Below, piece by piece: positions 52,514-63,621 of a stretch of 64,000 nt of DNA. The DNA is from an uncultured Alphaproteobacteria bacterium. GTDB taxonomy: Bacteria; Pseudomonadota; Alphaproteobacteria; Rhodobacterales; Rhodobacteraceae. Position numbers and translations under genes: made by a program. Every line of letters starts with the position of its first letter. Position 1 is the stretch's first letter. The notes under the pieces are model-generated. The model did not search any database, was not told the DNA's origin, and saw only the letters and a program-made list of their open reading frames with translations. The stretch spans positions 401,559 through 465,558 of the forward strand of contig CAWKBH010000006.1 of assembly GCA_963847795.1 (NCBI GenBank). The letters run 5' to 3'.

Positions 52514-53416
52514 ATGAGACACTTGCAGACGTTGCGCCTGATCCAGGACGTCGCCCGCGCCGGCTCGATCCGCAAGGCGGCGGAGGACATGAACATCACT
52601 TCCTCGGCGCTCAACCGGCGAATCCAGAACTTCGAGTCGGAGTTCGGCGCCCAGATCTTCGAGCGCGTGCCGCGCGGCGTGCGCCTGAACCCGGCGGGTG
52701 AGCTGCTGATGCAGCACATCCGCAGCCAGTTCATCGACCTCGACCGGGTCCGCGGCCAGGTCGCCGACCTGTCGGGCGAGCGCCGCGGCCACATCTCGAT
52801 CGCCTGCAGCCAGGCCCTCAACCCGATCTTCCTGCCCGAGCAGATTTCCCGCTACCGCAACGACCATCCCGGGGTCACGTTCTCGGTCCGCATCCGCGAC
52901 CGGGCGGCGGCCGAGCACGACCTCAGCACCTTCTCGAGCGACCTCGCGCTGGTGTTCGAGCCGGTCTACCTGGCCGAATTCGAGGTGATCAAGGCGATCC
53001 CCCAACCGGTCTGCGCGGTGATGGCGGCGGATCACCCGCTGGCCGCCAGGCGCGAGCTGCGGCTCCGCGACTGCCTCGACGTGGCCCATGCCGTGCCCTC
53101 GCAGGAATACGGGGTCCGTCACCTCTTGAACCTGGCGACCCGCGGCCGGGCGCGCCCGCTCAATCCGGTGGTCGAGGCGGACAGCTTCGAGCTGATGCGC
53201 CAGTACGTGCTCTACGAGCGGGTCGTCAGCTTCCAGATCCCGATCGGCCTCCGCCCGTCCGCCGACCCGCGCCTGGCGGTGCGCCCGCTGCCCGCCCGCG
53301 ACGTCCCGCCCGGCCTCCTGCTCCTCGGCCAGATGCGCGGCCGCACCCTCCCCGTGGCATCGGCAAAGTTCGCGATCCAGCTCGCAGCCGCGCTGGAGCT
53401 CTTCGACGCGGAGTGA
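52514..53416 (+). CDS. LysR-family regulator divergent from atzF
   Basis: GSIRKAAEDMNITSSALNRRI, FERVPRGVRL. Confidence 0.92.
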   Translation: MRHLQTLRLIQDVARAGSIRKAAEDMNITSSALNRRIQNFESEFGAQIFERVPRGVRLNPAGELLMQHIRSQFIDLDRVRGQVADLSGERRGHISIACSQALNPIFLPEQISRYRNDHPGVTFSVRIRDRAAAEHDLSTFSSDLALVFEPVYLAEFEVIKAIPQPVCAVMAADHPLAARRELRLRDCLDVAHAVPSQEYGVRHLLNLATRGRARPLNPVVEADSFELMRQYVLYERVVSFQIPIGLRPSADPRLAVRPLPARDVPPGLLLLGQMRGRTLPVASAKFAIQLAAALELFDAE

Positions 53417-53460
53417 GCGCGCTTCCCGCGTTAACCATTCAATCCCGACCATTTTACCAT

Positions 53461-53499
53461 ACATATGCAATCCATACCGGTTCCATACGCGCTCCAGAC
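53461..53499. repeat. 11-bp-periodic CCATAY-like array
   Basis: ACATAT 53461, CCATAC 53472, CCATAC 53483, CCAGAC 53494. Confidence 0.65.
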
Positions 53500-53530
53500 C
53501 CGACCGCGCCGCGTAAACCCTTGACCTGCC

Positions 53531-55783
53531 TCAGATCAGGAGGTCCTCGATCCTGATCGGGAACCGACGCACCCTGATCCCGGTCGCGTGCCAGATCGCG
53601 TTCGCGATCGCCCCCACGGTGCCGGTGACGCCGATCTCGCCGACCCCCTTGATCCCCAGCGCGTTGACATGCGCGTCGTCCTCGTGGACCAGCAGCGCCT
53701 CCACCTCCGGCACGTCGGCATTGACCGGAATGTGGTAGCCGGCCAGGTCGGCGTTCATCGGCCGCCCGGTGCGGCGGTCCATCACCGCTTCCTCGTGCAG
53801 CGCGAAGGACAGCCCCCAGATCATCCCGCCGCAGAGCTGGCTCCGCGCCAGCCGCGGGTTGATGATCCGGCCCGCCGCGAAGGCCCCCACCAGGCGGGTG
53901 ACCCGCATCTGGCAGAGATCGGGATCGACCTTGACCTCGGCGAAGACCGCGCCATGCGAGAACATCGCGTAGGCGTTGGCATCGGCCGGGTCGCGGCCGC
54001 CCCGGCCGTGCCCTTCGAGCTCGGCGAGGCCGGCCCGGGCGAGGATGTCGGCGTAGCTCTCGCTGCGGTCCGGATCGTCGGCGCGGTAGAGCCGCCCGTC
54101 CCGGCCCTCGACGCCGGCATTGCCGGCGCCGAACAACGGGGAATCCGGGTCGCCGGTAGCGAGCCCGGCGAGCTTGGCTATGACGTCGCTGCCGGCGCCG
54201 AATACCGCGCCGCCCGCGGTCGCGGTGTGGCCCGAGCCGCCGGCGACCCCGGCGTCGGGCAGGTCGGACGAGCCGGCCCGGAACTCGACTTGAGCGATGT
54301 CGAGCCCGAGTCCGTCGGCCGCCAGCTGCGCCAGCGCCGTCCAGGCCCCCTGCCCCATGTCGGCGGCCGAGGTCTCCACCAGCGCGGTACCGTCGCCGCG
54401 CAGCACCGCGCGGGCCTCGGCCTTGAACATCGGCGCCGGGAACAGCGCGCTGCCCACGCCCCAGCCGACCAGGCGACCCGCCGCGTCGCGCATCTGCCGC
54501 GGCGCCAGCGGCCGCCCGGCCCAGCCGAAGCGTTCGGCGCCCCGGGCGTAGCACTGCCGCAGCGCCTTGGACGAGAACGGCTTGCCCGAGGCCGGATCGA
54601 CCTCGGCATAGTTGCGCAGGCGAAACTCCAGCGGATCGAGCCCGCAGGCCGCGGCGGCCTCGTCGATGGCGCTTTCCAGCGCCGCCGACCCCGAGGCCTC
54701 GCCCGGCGCCCGCATCGGCCCGGGCGTGCCGGTATCGACACGCACCGCTTCGTGCCGGGTGGCGATGGCAGGGCTGGCGTAGAGGTTGTGCGAGGCGTTG
54801 GCGGCCGGTTCGATGAAATCGTCGAAGCTGCTGGTCGCCGCGACCGCGTCATGCTCGAGCGCCGTCAGCCGGCCCTCGGCATCCATGCCCAGCCGCAACC
54901 GCTGCCGCGTCGCCCCGCGATGCCCGACAGGCCCGAACATCTGGTCGCGGCGCAGCACCAGCTTGACCGGCCGCCCGAGCATCCGCGCCGCCAGGACCGC
55001 GAGGATCTGCGGCCCGGCGAGGATCGCCTTCGACCCGAAGCCGCCGCCGAGGAAGGGGCTGCGCAGCAGGACGTTCTCGGGCGGGATGCCGAAGAAGGCG
55101 GCGAAGGCGCCCCGGGCCATGGCGATCGCCTGGTTCGGGGTGTCGATCGTCAGCCGGTCGCCGTCCCATTCGGCGACGATCGCGTGCGGCTCCATGGCGT
55201 TGTGGTACTGGGCCGGGGTCTCATACTCGGCCTCGGTCCGCTGCGCCGCGGCGGCGCGCCCGGCGGCAATGTCGCCGATCCCGAAACCCGGCGGCCCGCC
55301 GATTCCGACCGCATGCGGCTCGTAGCGCTCGCCGCTGTCCAGCCCGACCCGGGCCGGCTCGACGTCGTAGCTCGGCGCCAGCAGCCGGGCGCCCTCGGTG
55401 GCGGCCTCGAGCGTCTCGGCGACCACCAGCGCGATCGGCTGGTTGGTGTAGCGGACGCGGTCGTCCTGCAGGACCTCGATCCGGAAGCTGAACAGGTGCG
55501 GCTTCGCGTCCGGGTCTTGCGCCAGCGGCGGCCGGCTCGCCGGGGTGATCACCTCGACGACGCCCGGGTGCGCCTTCGCGGCGGCGACGTCGAGCGAGCG
55601 GACGCGGCCGCGGGCGATGGTGCTGCCGGCGTAGACCGCGTAAAGGAGGCCGGCGGGATGGTTGTCGGCGGCATAGGTGGCGGCGCCGGTGACCTTCAGC
55701 ACGCCGTCGCGCCGGGTCAACGGCTGGCCGCTGTTGGACCCGAGGCGGACGTGCCGGGCCGGGAAGGGGATGGTGTCAGGCAT
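53531..55783 (-). CDS. Xanthine-dehydrogenase-family molybdopterin subunit (PaoC/YagR-like)
   Basis: KVTGAATY, HNAMEPH, LGGGFGSK, MRAPG, DMGQG, AGGS, KGVGEIG. Confidence 0.92.
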   Translation of the reverse strand: MPDTIPFPARHVRLGSNSGQPLTRRDGVLKVTGAATYAADNHPAGLLYAVYAGSTIARGRVRSLDVAAAKAHPGVVEVITPASRPPLAQDPDAKPHLFSFRIEVLQDDRVRYTNQPIALVVAETLEAATEGARLLAPSYDVEPARVGLDSGERYEPHAVGIGGPPGFGIGDIAAGRAAAAQRTEAEYETPAQYHNAMEPHAIVAEWDGDRLTIDTPNQAIAMARGAFAAFFGIPPENVLLRSPFLGGGFGSKAILAGPQILAVLAARMLGRPVKLVLRRDQMFGPVGHRGATRQRLRLGMDAEGRLTALEHDAVAATSSFDDFIEPAANASHNLYASPAIATRHEAVRVDTGTPGPMRAPGEASGSAALESAIDEAAAACGLDPLEFRLRNYAEVDPASGKPFSSKALRQCYARGAERFGWAGRPLAPRQMRDAAGRLVGWGVGSALFPAPMFKAEARAVLRGDGTALVETSAADMGQGAWTALAQLAADGLGLDIAQVEFRAGSSDLPDAGVAGGSGHTATAGGAVFGAGSDVIAKLAGLATGDPDSPLFGAGNAGVEGRDGRLYRADDPDRSESYADILARAGLAELEGHGRGGRDPADANAYAMFSHGAVFAEVKVDPDLCQMRVTRLVGAFAAGRIINPRLARSQLCGGMIWGLSFALHEEAVMDRRTGRPMNADLAGYHIPVNADVPEVEALLVHEDDAHVNALGIKGVGEIGVTGTVGAIANAIWHATGIRVRRFPIRIEDLLI

Positions 55784-56828
55784 CGGCGAGGGCTCCGGTT
55801 TCGGCGAAGGCGGAGGCGGGCAGCGCCGGCATGCGCTCCGGCGTCCCGGCCGCCGCAAGCAGCAAGGCGCGGGCGACCACCCGTTTCGCGAGCTCGATCT
55901 TGAAGGCGTTGTCGCCGGAAGGCCGCGCGTCGGCGAGCGCCGCTTCGGCCGCGCGACCGAAAGAGTCGCGGCCGGGCGACCCGCCCGCGAGCAGCGCCTC
56001 CGCCGACCGGGCGCGCCAGGGCCTGGCTGCGACGCCGCCGAGCGCCAGCCGGGCCTGCAGGATCGTTCCGCCCTCGATCTCCAGCGCCGCGGCGGCCGAG
56101 ACCAGGGCGAAGGCGAAGGAGGTGCGCTCGCGCAGCTTGAGGTAGCGGCTGTGGGCGCGAAAGCTCGACGCCGCCGCCGGCAGGCGCAAGGCGACGATCA
56201 GCTCGCCCGGCTCGAGCACGCTCTCGCGCTCGGGCGTGCTGCCGGGCAGGCTGTGGAAAGTCTCCAGCGGCACCTCCCTCTGCCCGCCCGGCCCCTCGAT
56301 CTCGACGACGGCATCCAGCGCCACCAGCGGCACGCAGAAGTCCGACGGATGGGTGGCGATGCAGGCGTCGCTCCAGCCGAGGACCGCGTGTCCGCGGTTC
56401 TCGCCTCCGCGCGCATCGCAGCCGGCGCCCGGCTCGCGCCGGTTGCAGGCGCTGGCGGTGTCGTAGAAATAGGCGCACCGGGTGCGCTGCATCAGGTTGC
56501 CGCCGACGGTCGCCGCGTTGCGAAGCTGCGGCGAGGCGCCCGAGAGCAGCGCCTCGGCGACCGACGGATAGGCGGCGATGGCTGGATCGCGGGCGAGGTC
56601 GGCATTCCGCACCATCGCGCCGATCCTGACCCCGCCCTCGGGCAGGGTCTCGATCCGGTCGAGACCCGGCAACCGGGTGATGTCGACCAGCCGGGCAGGC
56701 CGCGCGGCGCCAGCCTTCATCAGGTCGAGCAGGTTGGTGCCGGCCGCGAGGTAGGCCGCGCCCGGCTCGGAGGCGGCGGCGATGGCCTCGGCCACCGACA
56801 CCGGCCGGACGTAGTCGAAGAGGTTCAT
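55776..56828 (-). CDS. FAD subunit (PaoB/YagS-like) with 4Fe-4S insertion
   Basis: AGTNLLDLM, GASPQLRNAATVGGN, QRTRC..CN..GC..CIATHPSD. Confidence 0.92.
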   Translation of the reverse strand: MNLFDYVRPVSVAEAIAAASEPGAAYLAAGTNLLDLMKAGAARPARLVDITRLPGLDRIETLPEGGVRIGAMVRNADLARDPAIAAYPSVAEALLSGASPQLRNAATVGGNLMQRTRCAYFYDTASACNRREPGAGCDARGGENRGHAVLGWSDACIATHPSDFCVPLVALDAVVEIEGPGGQREVPLETFHSLPGSTPERESVLEPGELIVALRLPAAASSFRAHSRYLKLRERTSFAFALVSAAAALEIEGGTILQARLALGGVAARPWRARSAEALLAGGSPGRDSFGRAAEAALADARPSGDNAFKIELAKRVVARALLLAAAGTPERMPALPASAFAETGALADA

Positions 56829-57319
56829 GCGGTCCTCCTTTCCGCGCCGGCGAGCTGCGACCGGGCCTCCAGGACTGCCTCGGTTATCCCGGCATAGGCG
56901 CCACAGCGGCAGAGGTTGCCGCTCATCCCCTCGCGGATGCGTTCCGGGTCGTCCCCGGCCTCGCCTTCACGGATCAGACCCACCGCGCTCATGATCTGGC
57001 CCGGGGTGCAGAAGCCACACTGGAAGCCGTCATGGGCAATGAAAGCGGCCTGTACCGGATCGAGGCGATCGGCCTCGGCCAGGCCCTCGATGGTAAGCAC
57101 GTCGGCGCCGTCAAGGCTGGCCGCGAGCGCGAGGCAGGCGTTGATCCGGCGCCCGTCCACCAGCACGGTGCAGGCGCCGCACTGGCCGCGATCGCAGCCC
57201 TTCTTGGTTCCGGTGAGCACGAGCCGCTCGCGCAGCAGGTCGAGAAGCGTTACCCGCGGATCCTCGAGCGCGACGTCCCGCCGGGCTCCGTTGACCGTAA
57301 GGCTGATGGAAAGGGTCAT
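56825..57319 (-). CDS. 2Fe-2S subunit (PaoA/YagT-like, no Tat leader)
   Basis: [31 protein letters not shown]. Confidence 0.92.
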   Translation of the reverse strand: MTLSISLTVNGARRDVALEDPRVTLLDLLRERLVLTGTKKGCDRGQCGACTVLVDGRRINACLALAASLDGADVLTIEGLAEADRLDPVQAAFIAHDGFQCGFCTPGQIMSAVGLIREGEAGDDPERIREGMSGNLCRCGAYAGITEAVLEARSQLAGAERRTA

Positions 57320-57457
57320 GCGTGCTCCGATCGTTACATGGATCAGAATTTGTTCGAGGCGCCGGACGGTTTGTGCGATGAAGCTGCGAGCTTTCTTGTT
57401 TTGCCGTCGAGCGGGCAAAGTCGAGTACTGGTTGCACCGGCGCTCGAGATGCTTATA

Positions 57458-57472
57458 CGGAGGCACCCTCCG
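57458..57472. promoter_or_regulatory. Palindromic TetR operator candidate
   Basis: CGGAGG-CAC-CCTCCG between the divergent molybdoenzyme operon and tetR. Confidence 0.6.
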
Positions 57473-57507
57473 CTTTGCAAGCGCCAATGAGAGGGCGGCG
57501 CAGTCAG

Positions 57508-58095
57508 ATGGAACACCGGCCCGAAAAGGCAAGCCGCAGGCCGCGCTCGGATTCGCTGCGGAACCGCGACCGGCTGCTCGAAGCCGCGCGCGACGTCTTC
57601 AGCCTCGGCGGCCCGGACGCGAGCCTCGAGGCCGTGGCGCGGACCGCCGGGCTCGGCATCGCCACGCTCTACCGCCACTTCCCGACCCGCGAGGCCCTGT
57701 TCCAGGCGGTCTATCGCCGCGAGGTCGACCAGCTCGTCGAGTTGGCGGCGCAGCTGGCCACCGACGCCGCGCCGGTCGAGGCGCTGCGGCGCTGGCTGCA
57801 CGCCAATGTCGGGATGATTGCCACCAAGAAGGGGATGCTCGCCGCGCTTGCCCCCGCCGTCGTCAGCTCGAGCGAACTCTACGCCAGCTCCACCGCGCGG
57901 CTGGTCCGTTCGGCCGGCGTCCTGATGGAGCGCGCGGTCGCCGAAGGCGAGATCCGGCCCGACATCTCCCCGGAGGACCTGATGCGCGCCCTCATCGGCA
58001 TGTGCTACATGCGCGAACAGCAGGGCTGGCAGGGCACCGTGATCCGCCTTGTCAACGTCTTCGTGGACGGCCTTCGGGTGCGGGACCGACCCTGA
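57508..58095 (+). CDS. TetR-family regulator
   Basis: [38 protein letters not shown]. Confidence 0.92.
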   Translation: MEHRPEKASRRPRSDSLRNRDRLLEAARDVFSLGGPDASLEAVARTAGLGIATLYRHFPTREALFQAVYRREVDQLVELAAQLATDAAPVEALRRWLHANVGMIATKKGMLAALAPAVVSSSELYASSTARLVRSAGVLMERAVAEGEIRPDISPEDLMRALIGMCYMREQQGWQGTVIRLVNVFVDGLRVRDRP

Positions 58096-58241
58096 GCACC
58101 GCCCGCGGCGAGCGGCGATCCCCAATCGCGGCCGGTGCCAGCCGTCCGTTCCTCGACGCGACACACATGCGCGGCGCCCTATCCGGCGGGCGGCGGGCGA
58201 GGTATACTCGGCGACGATCCAGGCGTTCGGAGGATGTCGGC

Positions 58242-59126
58242 GTGCAAGCGATCTTCCACGGCGTCTTCCCCTATCTCGTGTCGCCGGTGGCGACCCTCGG
58301 GCGAGGTGCTGGCGCCGGTCCTGTCGCGGCTCTGCGACGACCTGATCGGCGCCGGCGTCCACGGACTGACCGCCCTCGGCTCGACCGGCGAGTTCGCCTA
58401 CCTCGACTGGCCGCAGCGCCGCGCGGTGGTCGCGACGGTGGTGGAGGCCGCCGCCGGACGGGTGCCGGTGCTCGCCGGGGTCGCGGCCACCACCACCGCC
58501 GAGGCGGAGCGGCAGGCGCGCGAGCTCAGGCGATCGGCTGCGACGGCATCCTCGCCGTGCTCGAAGCCTATTTCCCGCTCCCCGATACCGGGGTCGAGGC
58601 CTACTTCCGCGCCGTCGCCGCCGCCACGGACCTCCCCGTGGTGATCTACACCAACCCGAACTTCCAGCGCGCCGACCTGACGCTGCCGGTGATCGAGCGG
58701 CTGAGCCACGTCCCCAACATCGTCGGCATCAAGGACGCCTCCTCCAATACCGGCCGGCTGCTCTCGATCCTCAACCGGGTCGAGGGCAGGCTGCAGGTCT
58801 TCGCCGCCTCGGCGCACATTCCCGCCGCGGTGATGCTGATCGGCGGCAGCGGCTGGATGGCCGGCCCCGCCTGCATAGTGCCGCGACCGAGCGTGGCGCT
58901 CTACGAGGCCTGCCGGCGCGGCGACTGGGACGCGGCGATGGTCCTGCAGCGCCGGCTCTGGCGCATCAACGAGGCCTTCGCGCGCTGGAACCTCGCGGCC
59001 TGCATCAAGGGCGCGCTGGAGCTGCAGGGCTACCCGGTCGGCGCGCCGCTGCCGCCGCAGGCGCCGTTGCCGCCGGAAGGCGTCGAAGAGGTGCGCCGCG
59101 CCCTGGCCGACCTCGACGCGCTCTAG
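58242..59126 (+). CDS. DapA/NAL-family aldolase; frameshifts near 58290 and 58528
   Basis: [31 protein letters not shown]. Confidence 0.85.
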   Translation: MQAIFHGVFPYLVSPVATLGRGAGAGPVAALRRPDRRRRPRTDRPRLDRRVRLPRLAAAPRGGRDGGGGRRRTGAGARRGRGHHHRRGGAAGARAQAIGCDGILAVLEAYFPLPDTGVEAYFRAVAAATDLPVVIYTNPNFQRADLTLPVIERLSHVPNIVGIKDASSNTGRLLSILNRVEGRLQVFAASAHIPAAVMLIGGSGWMAGPACIVPRPSVALYEACRRGDWDAAMVLQRRLWRINEAFARWNLAACIKGALELQGYPVGAPLPPQAPLPPEGVEEVRRALADLDAL

Positions 59127-60737
59127 GCCCGGCGGGCGTCAGCCGCGCTCTCGCGCAGGAGGTCCCCGGCAAGTGCCGCATCGATCAGCGCCACCGTCTC
59201 CGGAATGCCGTAGACCGCGATGAAGCCGCCGAAGCGCGGGCCCTGGGTCTCGCCGAGCAGCACCTCGTAGATCGCGGCGAACCAGGCCCGCAGCGGCTCG
59301 AAGCCGTGCTCCTTGCCGACGGCGAAGACCATGCCCTGCAGCGCCTCCGGATCGCTCGACCCGGTCCATCCCGCGAGCCGGTCGCGCAGGTCGGCGAGCG
59401 CCGCCGCCTCGCGCGCGTCCGGCGCCCGGTAGGTCTTGGCCGGCCGCACGAAGTCCTCGAAGTAGCGCACCGCATGGCCCGCCGCCGCGTCGAGCCCCGG
59501 ATGCGTCGCCGGCGATCGCCTGCGGCGCGTACTTGCGGATGAAGCCCCAGAGCACCGCCTTGTCATGGGCGTTCGCGGCGCTCGCGAGGTTCAGCAGCAT
59601 CGCGAAGCTCACCACCATGTCCGAGGCCGGCGGCTGGCCGCGATGGATGTGCCAGACCGGATTGGCCAGCCGCGCCGCCGCGTCCTGCCCGGGGAAGGCC
59701 CGCAGCTGCTGGTGATACTCGTCCACCGCCTTCGGGATCACGTCGAAATAGAGCCGCTTCGCCGTCTTCGGCTTGCCGTACATGAAGTAGCTCGAGCGAT
59801 TCCGGCCCGGCATAGCGCAGCCACTCGTCGATGGTCAGCCCGTTGCCCTTGGACTTGGAGATCTTCTCGCCGTTCTCGTCGAGGAACAGCTCGTAGGTGA
59901 AATGCTCGGGCGCCCGGCCGCCGAGGATCTCGCAGATCGCGTCGTAGATCGGCGTGTTGGTCGAATGATCCTTGCCGTACATCTCGAAGTCGACGTCGAG
60001 CGCCGCCCAGCGCGCCCCGAAGTCCGGCTTCCACTGCAGCTTCACGTTGCCGCCCGGTCACCGGCAGCGTGACCTCGCGTCCGTCCTCGTCGTCGAAGGT
60101 GATGGTGCCGTCGCGCGGCGTTCACCTCCTTCATCGGCACGTAGAGCACCCGCCCGCTGGTCGGCGAGATCGGCAGGAAGCAGGAATAGGTCGCGCTGCC
60201 GCTCCTCGCGCAGGCTCGGCGAGCATCACCGCCATGATCGCGTCGTAGCGCTCGGCGGCGCGCAGCAGCACCGCGTCGAACCGCCCGGAGCGGTAGAACT
60301 CGGTGGCGCTGACGAACTCGTACTCGAACCCGAAGGTGTCGAGGAACCGCCGCAGCATCGCGTTGTTGTGCGCGCCGAAGCTCTCGAACTCGCCGAACGG
60401 ATCGGGCACGCTGGTCAGCGGCCGCTGCAGGTTCTCCCGCAGCATCTCCTGGTTCGGCACGTTCTCCGGCACCTTGCGCATGCCGTCGAGGTCGTCGGAG
60501 AAGCAGATCAGCCGGGTCGGGATGTCCGACAACGATCTCGAACGCGCGGCGGATCATCGTCGTGCGCGCCACCTCGCCGAAGGTGCCGATATGCGGCAGG
60601 CCCGACGGCCCGTAGCCGGTCTCGAACAGCACGTGGCCCTTGGCCGGGGGCGCGTCGCGATAGCGCGCCACCAGCCGCCGCGCCTCCTCGAAGGGCCAGG
60701 CCTTCGACGCCTCCGCCGCCTTGCGCACCTCGTCCAT
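59123..60737 (-). CDS. lysS: Class I lysyl-tRNA synthetase; several frameshifts
   Basis: [61 protein letters not shown]. Confidence 0.93.
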
Positions 60738-60827
60738 CGCCCGGGCCCTCCAGCCTGCCCGCTTCCTATTGCCCGGCCCGGCGCGGGTCAATACAACCGG
60801 ATCGACCGTATCCCCGCGAGGATCTCG

Positions 60828-61358
60828 ATGGCCGCTTCCGACACGCCCCCTTCCTTCTCCGCCCAGGACGCGCTGGTCGCCGCCATGGTGGGGGTCTCGG
60901 CCTCCGACGAGAACATCACCACCAAGGAGCTGCTCTCGATCAGCCGCATGGTCGAGACCCTGCCGATCTTCGAGGGCTACGACCCCGACCGGCTGCGCAC
61001 CATCGGCCAGACCGTCTTCGACCTCTTCACCGAGGAGGACGGGCTCGACGCGCTGTTCGGCCTGATGCGCGACGCCCTGCCCGAAGCGCTGCGCGAGACC
61101 GCCTACGCGCTCTGCTGCGACGTCGCCGCCGCCGACGGCCACGCCTTCCAGGCCGAGCTGCAGTTCCTGCTCGAACTGCGCCACGAGCTCGAGATCGACC
61201 GGCTGCACGCCGCCGCCATCGAGCGCGGCAGCGCCGCCCGCCACCGCCGCCTGCCGCCGGAGGCGGTGAGACGCACGCCGTCGCACGCGTGCGACCGTGG
61301 TTATGCCATTGAAACGGCAATCGACCTTCCAGTCGCATCGACCTGTCACGCCGCATAG
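60828..61358 (+). CDS. TerB-family protein
   Basis: [43 protein letters not shown]; conserved position beside lysS. Confidence 0.82.
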   Translation: MAASDTPPSFSAQDALVAAMVGVSASDENITTKELLSISRMVETLPIFEGYDPDRLRTIGQTVFDLFTEEDGLDALFGLMRDALPEALRETAYALCCDVAAADGHAFQAELQFLLELRHELEIDRLHAAAIERGSAARHRRLPPEAVRRTPSHACDRGYAIETAIDLPVASTCHAA

Positions 61359-62779
61359 ACCGCCGCCCAGCGCCGCAGCAGCGCCTGCTCCTGCGCCCGC
61401 GCCCGCGCCAGCCAGGCCGCGCCGCCCGGCGGCTTCTCCCGCTCCTCCGGCCGGATGGCGGCGCGCCGGCCGGGTCGGCGACCAGGATCGCGAAGGCCAG
61501 CCGGCGCCGCGGCCCGCTCAGATAGCCCGCCAGCCCGCTGACGAAGTCCATCGTGCCGGTCTTCGACACCACCGTGACGCCGGGGATCTCGAGCGGCCGC
61601 CGCTGCGCGTCGAGGATCGGCCGCAATTTCAGCAGCGCCGGCAGCTCCGAGCCCTCCGCCTGCCGCAGCAGCGCCACCAGGTCGGCCGCCGACAGCCGCG
61701 ATTCTCCGCTCAGGCCGGAATGGTTGACCAGGTTGGCGCGGGTCAGCCCGAAGCGCGCCCGCGCCCAGGCCGTCATCGCCGCCCCCGACGCGGCGAGCCC
61801 GTCCGGCGCCAGCCCGCGCGCCTGCCCGGCCCGGAGCCCGACCGCCTCGGCCGTCAGGTTGGTCGAATAGACCAGCATCTCGCGCAGCACCCGCGCCAGC
61901 GGCGGGCTGCCGTGCACGCGCCAGCTCGGCGCCCGGCGCCGCCGCCACTGTCTGCGCCGCCGGCAGCGCCAGCCCGCTGTCGCCGGCCAGCCGCCCGAAG
62001 ACCTCGCCGGCATAGGCCGCCGGCGCCCGCACCGGCAGCCAGACGCTGCCCCGCCGCCGCAGCCCGTCCCGCGGCAGGCTCCAGATCTCGCCGCCGCCGT
62101 CCACGCGGAGCCCCGGCAACCCGTCGTCGACCAGCTCGGCCCGGATCGAGCTCACCTTGCTCTCGAACCGCGCGCCGGGCGCGCTGAAGGCCAGCCCGGT
62201 CGCCCCGGCCTGCCAGGCCATGAACACCCGGTTGAAGTTCAGGTTGATCCCCGAGACCGTCGCGTTGTAGGCCGCCTCCGCCGGTTGGTCGGGATCGATT
62301 GCCGCCACCGCCGGCAGCGCCCCGTCCGCCACCAGCAGCCGCCCGGACACCCCGGTCAGCCCGCGCGTGCGCAGCGCCGCCGCCAGCGCGCCCAGCGCGT
62401 CGGTGTCGAGCCCGGGATCGCCGCCCCCCGCCAGCACCAGATCGCCCTGGAGCACGCCGCCTTCGATCGGCCCGGCGCCGAGGATCCGGGTCGCGAACCG
62501 GTAGTCCGGCCCCAGCGCCTCCAGCGCATAGAGCGTGGTGACGATCTTCGCCACCGAGGCCGGCGGCCGCCCCAGGTCGGGCTGATGCGCCTCGAGCAGC
62601 CCGCTGCCGCCGAGATCGGCCAGCGCGAAGCCGGTCAGCTCGCCGAGGCCCGATGCCGCCAGGATCGCCGCCGACGTGGCGGCCGGTGCCGGCTCTGCAG
62701 CCGCCCGCACCGCCGGCGCCGCCAGCCAGGCCGCGCCCGCGGCGAGCAGCGCCCGCCGGTCGAGCCCGGACGCCGTCAT
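61346..62779 (-). CDS. dacB: D-Ala-D-Ala carboxypeptidase/endopeptidase PBP4; frameshifts near 61915 and 61470
   Basis: Tat-like DRRALL, PASVAK (SxxK), GGGDP, YSTN (SxN), HSGL, KTGT. Confidence 0.9.
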   Translation of the reverse strand: MTASGLDRRALLAAGAAWLAAPAVRAAAEPAPAATSAAILAASGLGELTGFALADLGGSGLLEAHQPDLGRPPASVAKIVTTLYALEALGPDYRFATRILGAGPIEGGVLQGDLVLAGGGDPGLDTDALGALAAALRTRGLTGVSGRLLVADGALPAVAAIDPDQPAEAAYNATVSGINLNFNRVFMAWQAGATGLAFSAPGARFESKVSSIRAELVDDGLPGLRVDGGGEIWSLPRDGLRRRGSVWLPVRAPAAYAGEVFGRLAGDSGLALPAAQTVAAAPGAELARARQPAAGAGAARDAGLFDQPDGRGGRAPGRAGARAGAGRARRVGGGDDGLGAGALRADPRQPGQPFRPERRIAAVGGRPGGAAAAGGGLGAAGAAEIAADPRRAAAAARDPRRHGGVEDRHDGLRQRAGGLSERAAAPAGLRDPGRRPGRRAAIRPEEREKPPGGAAWLARARAQEQALLRRWAAVYAA

Positions 62780-63378
62780 CGCCGCCAGATCCCCAGCGCG
62801 CGCAGCTCGCTCGACGACAGGTCGAGCATCCGGCCGCTCACCAGCGTCCACGCCGGCGGGGTCGCGAACGGCAGCGCCCGCGCCGCTTCCTGCGGCAGCC
62901 GCCAGCGCGCGAAGCGCCGCGCCGCCGGCGAGAGCCCGGCGCGCAGCTGCTCGCCCGGCCGCGCCAGCACGCCCACCGGCAGCGCCGCCATGATCTCCGG
63001 CCAGCGCTCCCAGTGGTGGAAGCTCGCCAGGTTGTCCGCCCCCATCAGCCAGACGAAGCGCACCCCGCGGCAGCGCGCCCTCAGCGCCCGCACCGTCGCC
63101 GCGGTGTAGCGCGTGCCCAGCCGCGCCTCCAGGTCGGTCACCGTCACCCGCGGATGCCGCATGATCGCCCGCGCCGCCGCCAGCCGCCGCGCCAGGTCCG
63201 CCGGCGCGTCCGGCTTCAGCGGGTTGCCCGGGCTGACCAGCCACCAGACCCGGTCGAGCCCGAACACCTTCAGCGCCCATTTCGAGATGTGCACGTGCCC
63301 CGCATGCGGCGGATCGAACGAGCCGCCCAGAAGCCCGATGCGCTGGCCGGGCGTGGCATGAGGTCCCAGTGGCAACAC
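62776..63378 (-). CDS. nadD: Nicotinate-nucleotide adenylyltransferase
   Basis: [37 protein letters not shown]. Confidence 0.95.
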   Translation of the reverse strand: MLPLGPHATPGQRIGLLGGSFDPPHAGHVHISKWALKVFGLDRVWWLVSPGNPLKPDAPADLARRLAAARAIMRHPRVTVTDLEARLGTRYTAATVRALRARCRGVRFVWLMGADNLASFHHWERWPEIMAALPVGVLARPGEQLRAGLSPAARRFARWRLPQEAARALPFATPPAWTLVSGRMLDLSSSELRALGIWRR

Positions 63379-63621
63379 GCTCGAAATCTCCAGGTTTCCG
63401 GCCCGCCTCGATACCGACGCAGCCCGCCCCGCCTGTCAATCGCTGCCTGAACCCGCCCTCGTCGGCGACTTTCCGCCGAAGTCGCCGCCGGGCGCGAAGC
63501 CACTGTGGCATTTTCGGAACAGTCGATGTGCAGGCTCGGACCGAAGTCGTTGCCGCAAGCAGTAATGTGGGGCTATAGTTGCCGCAACAAAAAGCAGAAA
63601 AACGACGGGCAGGTAGCAGGC

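Noticed and set aside
60828-61358. Tellurite resistance locus
   Set aside because: A single TerB-fold gene in its usual core position beside lysS; no other ter genes
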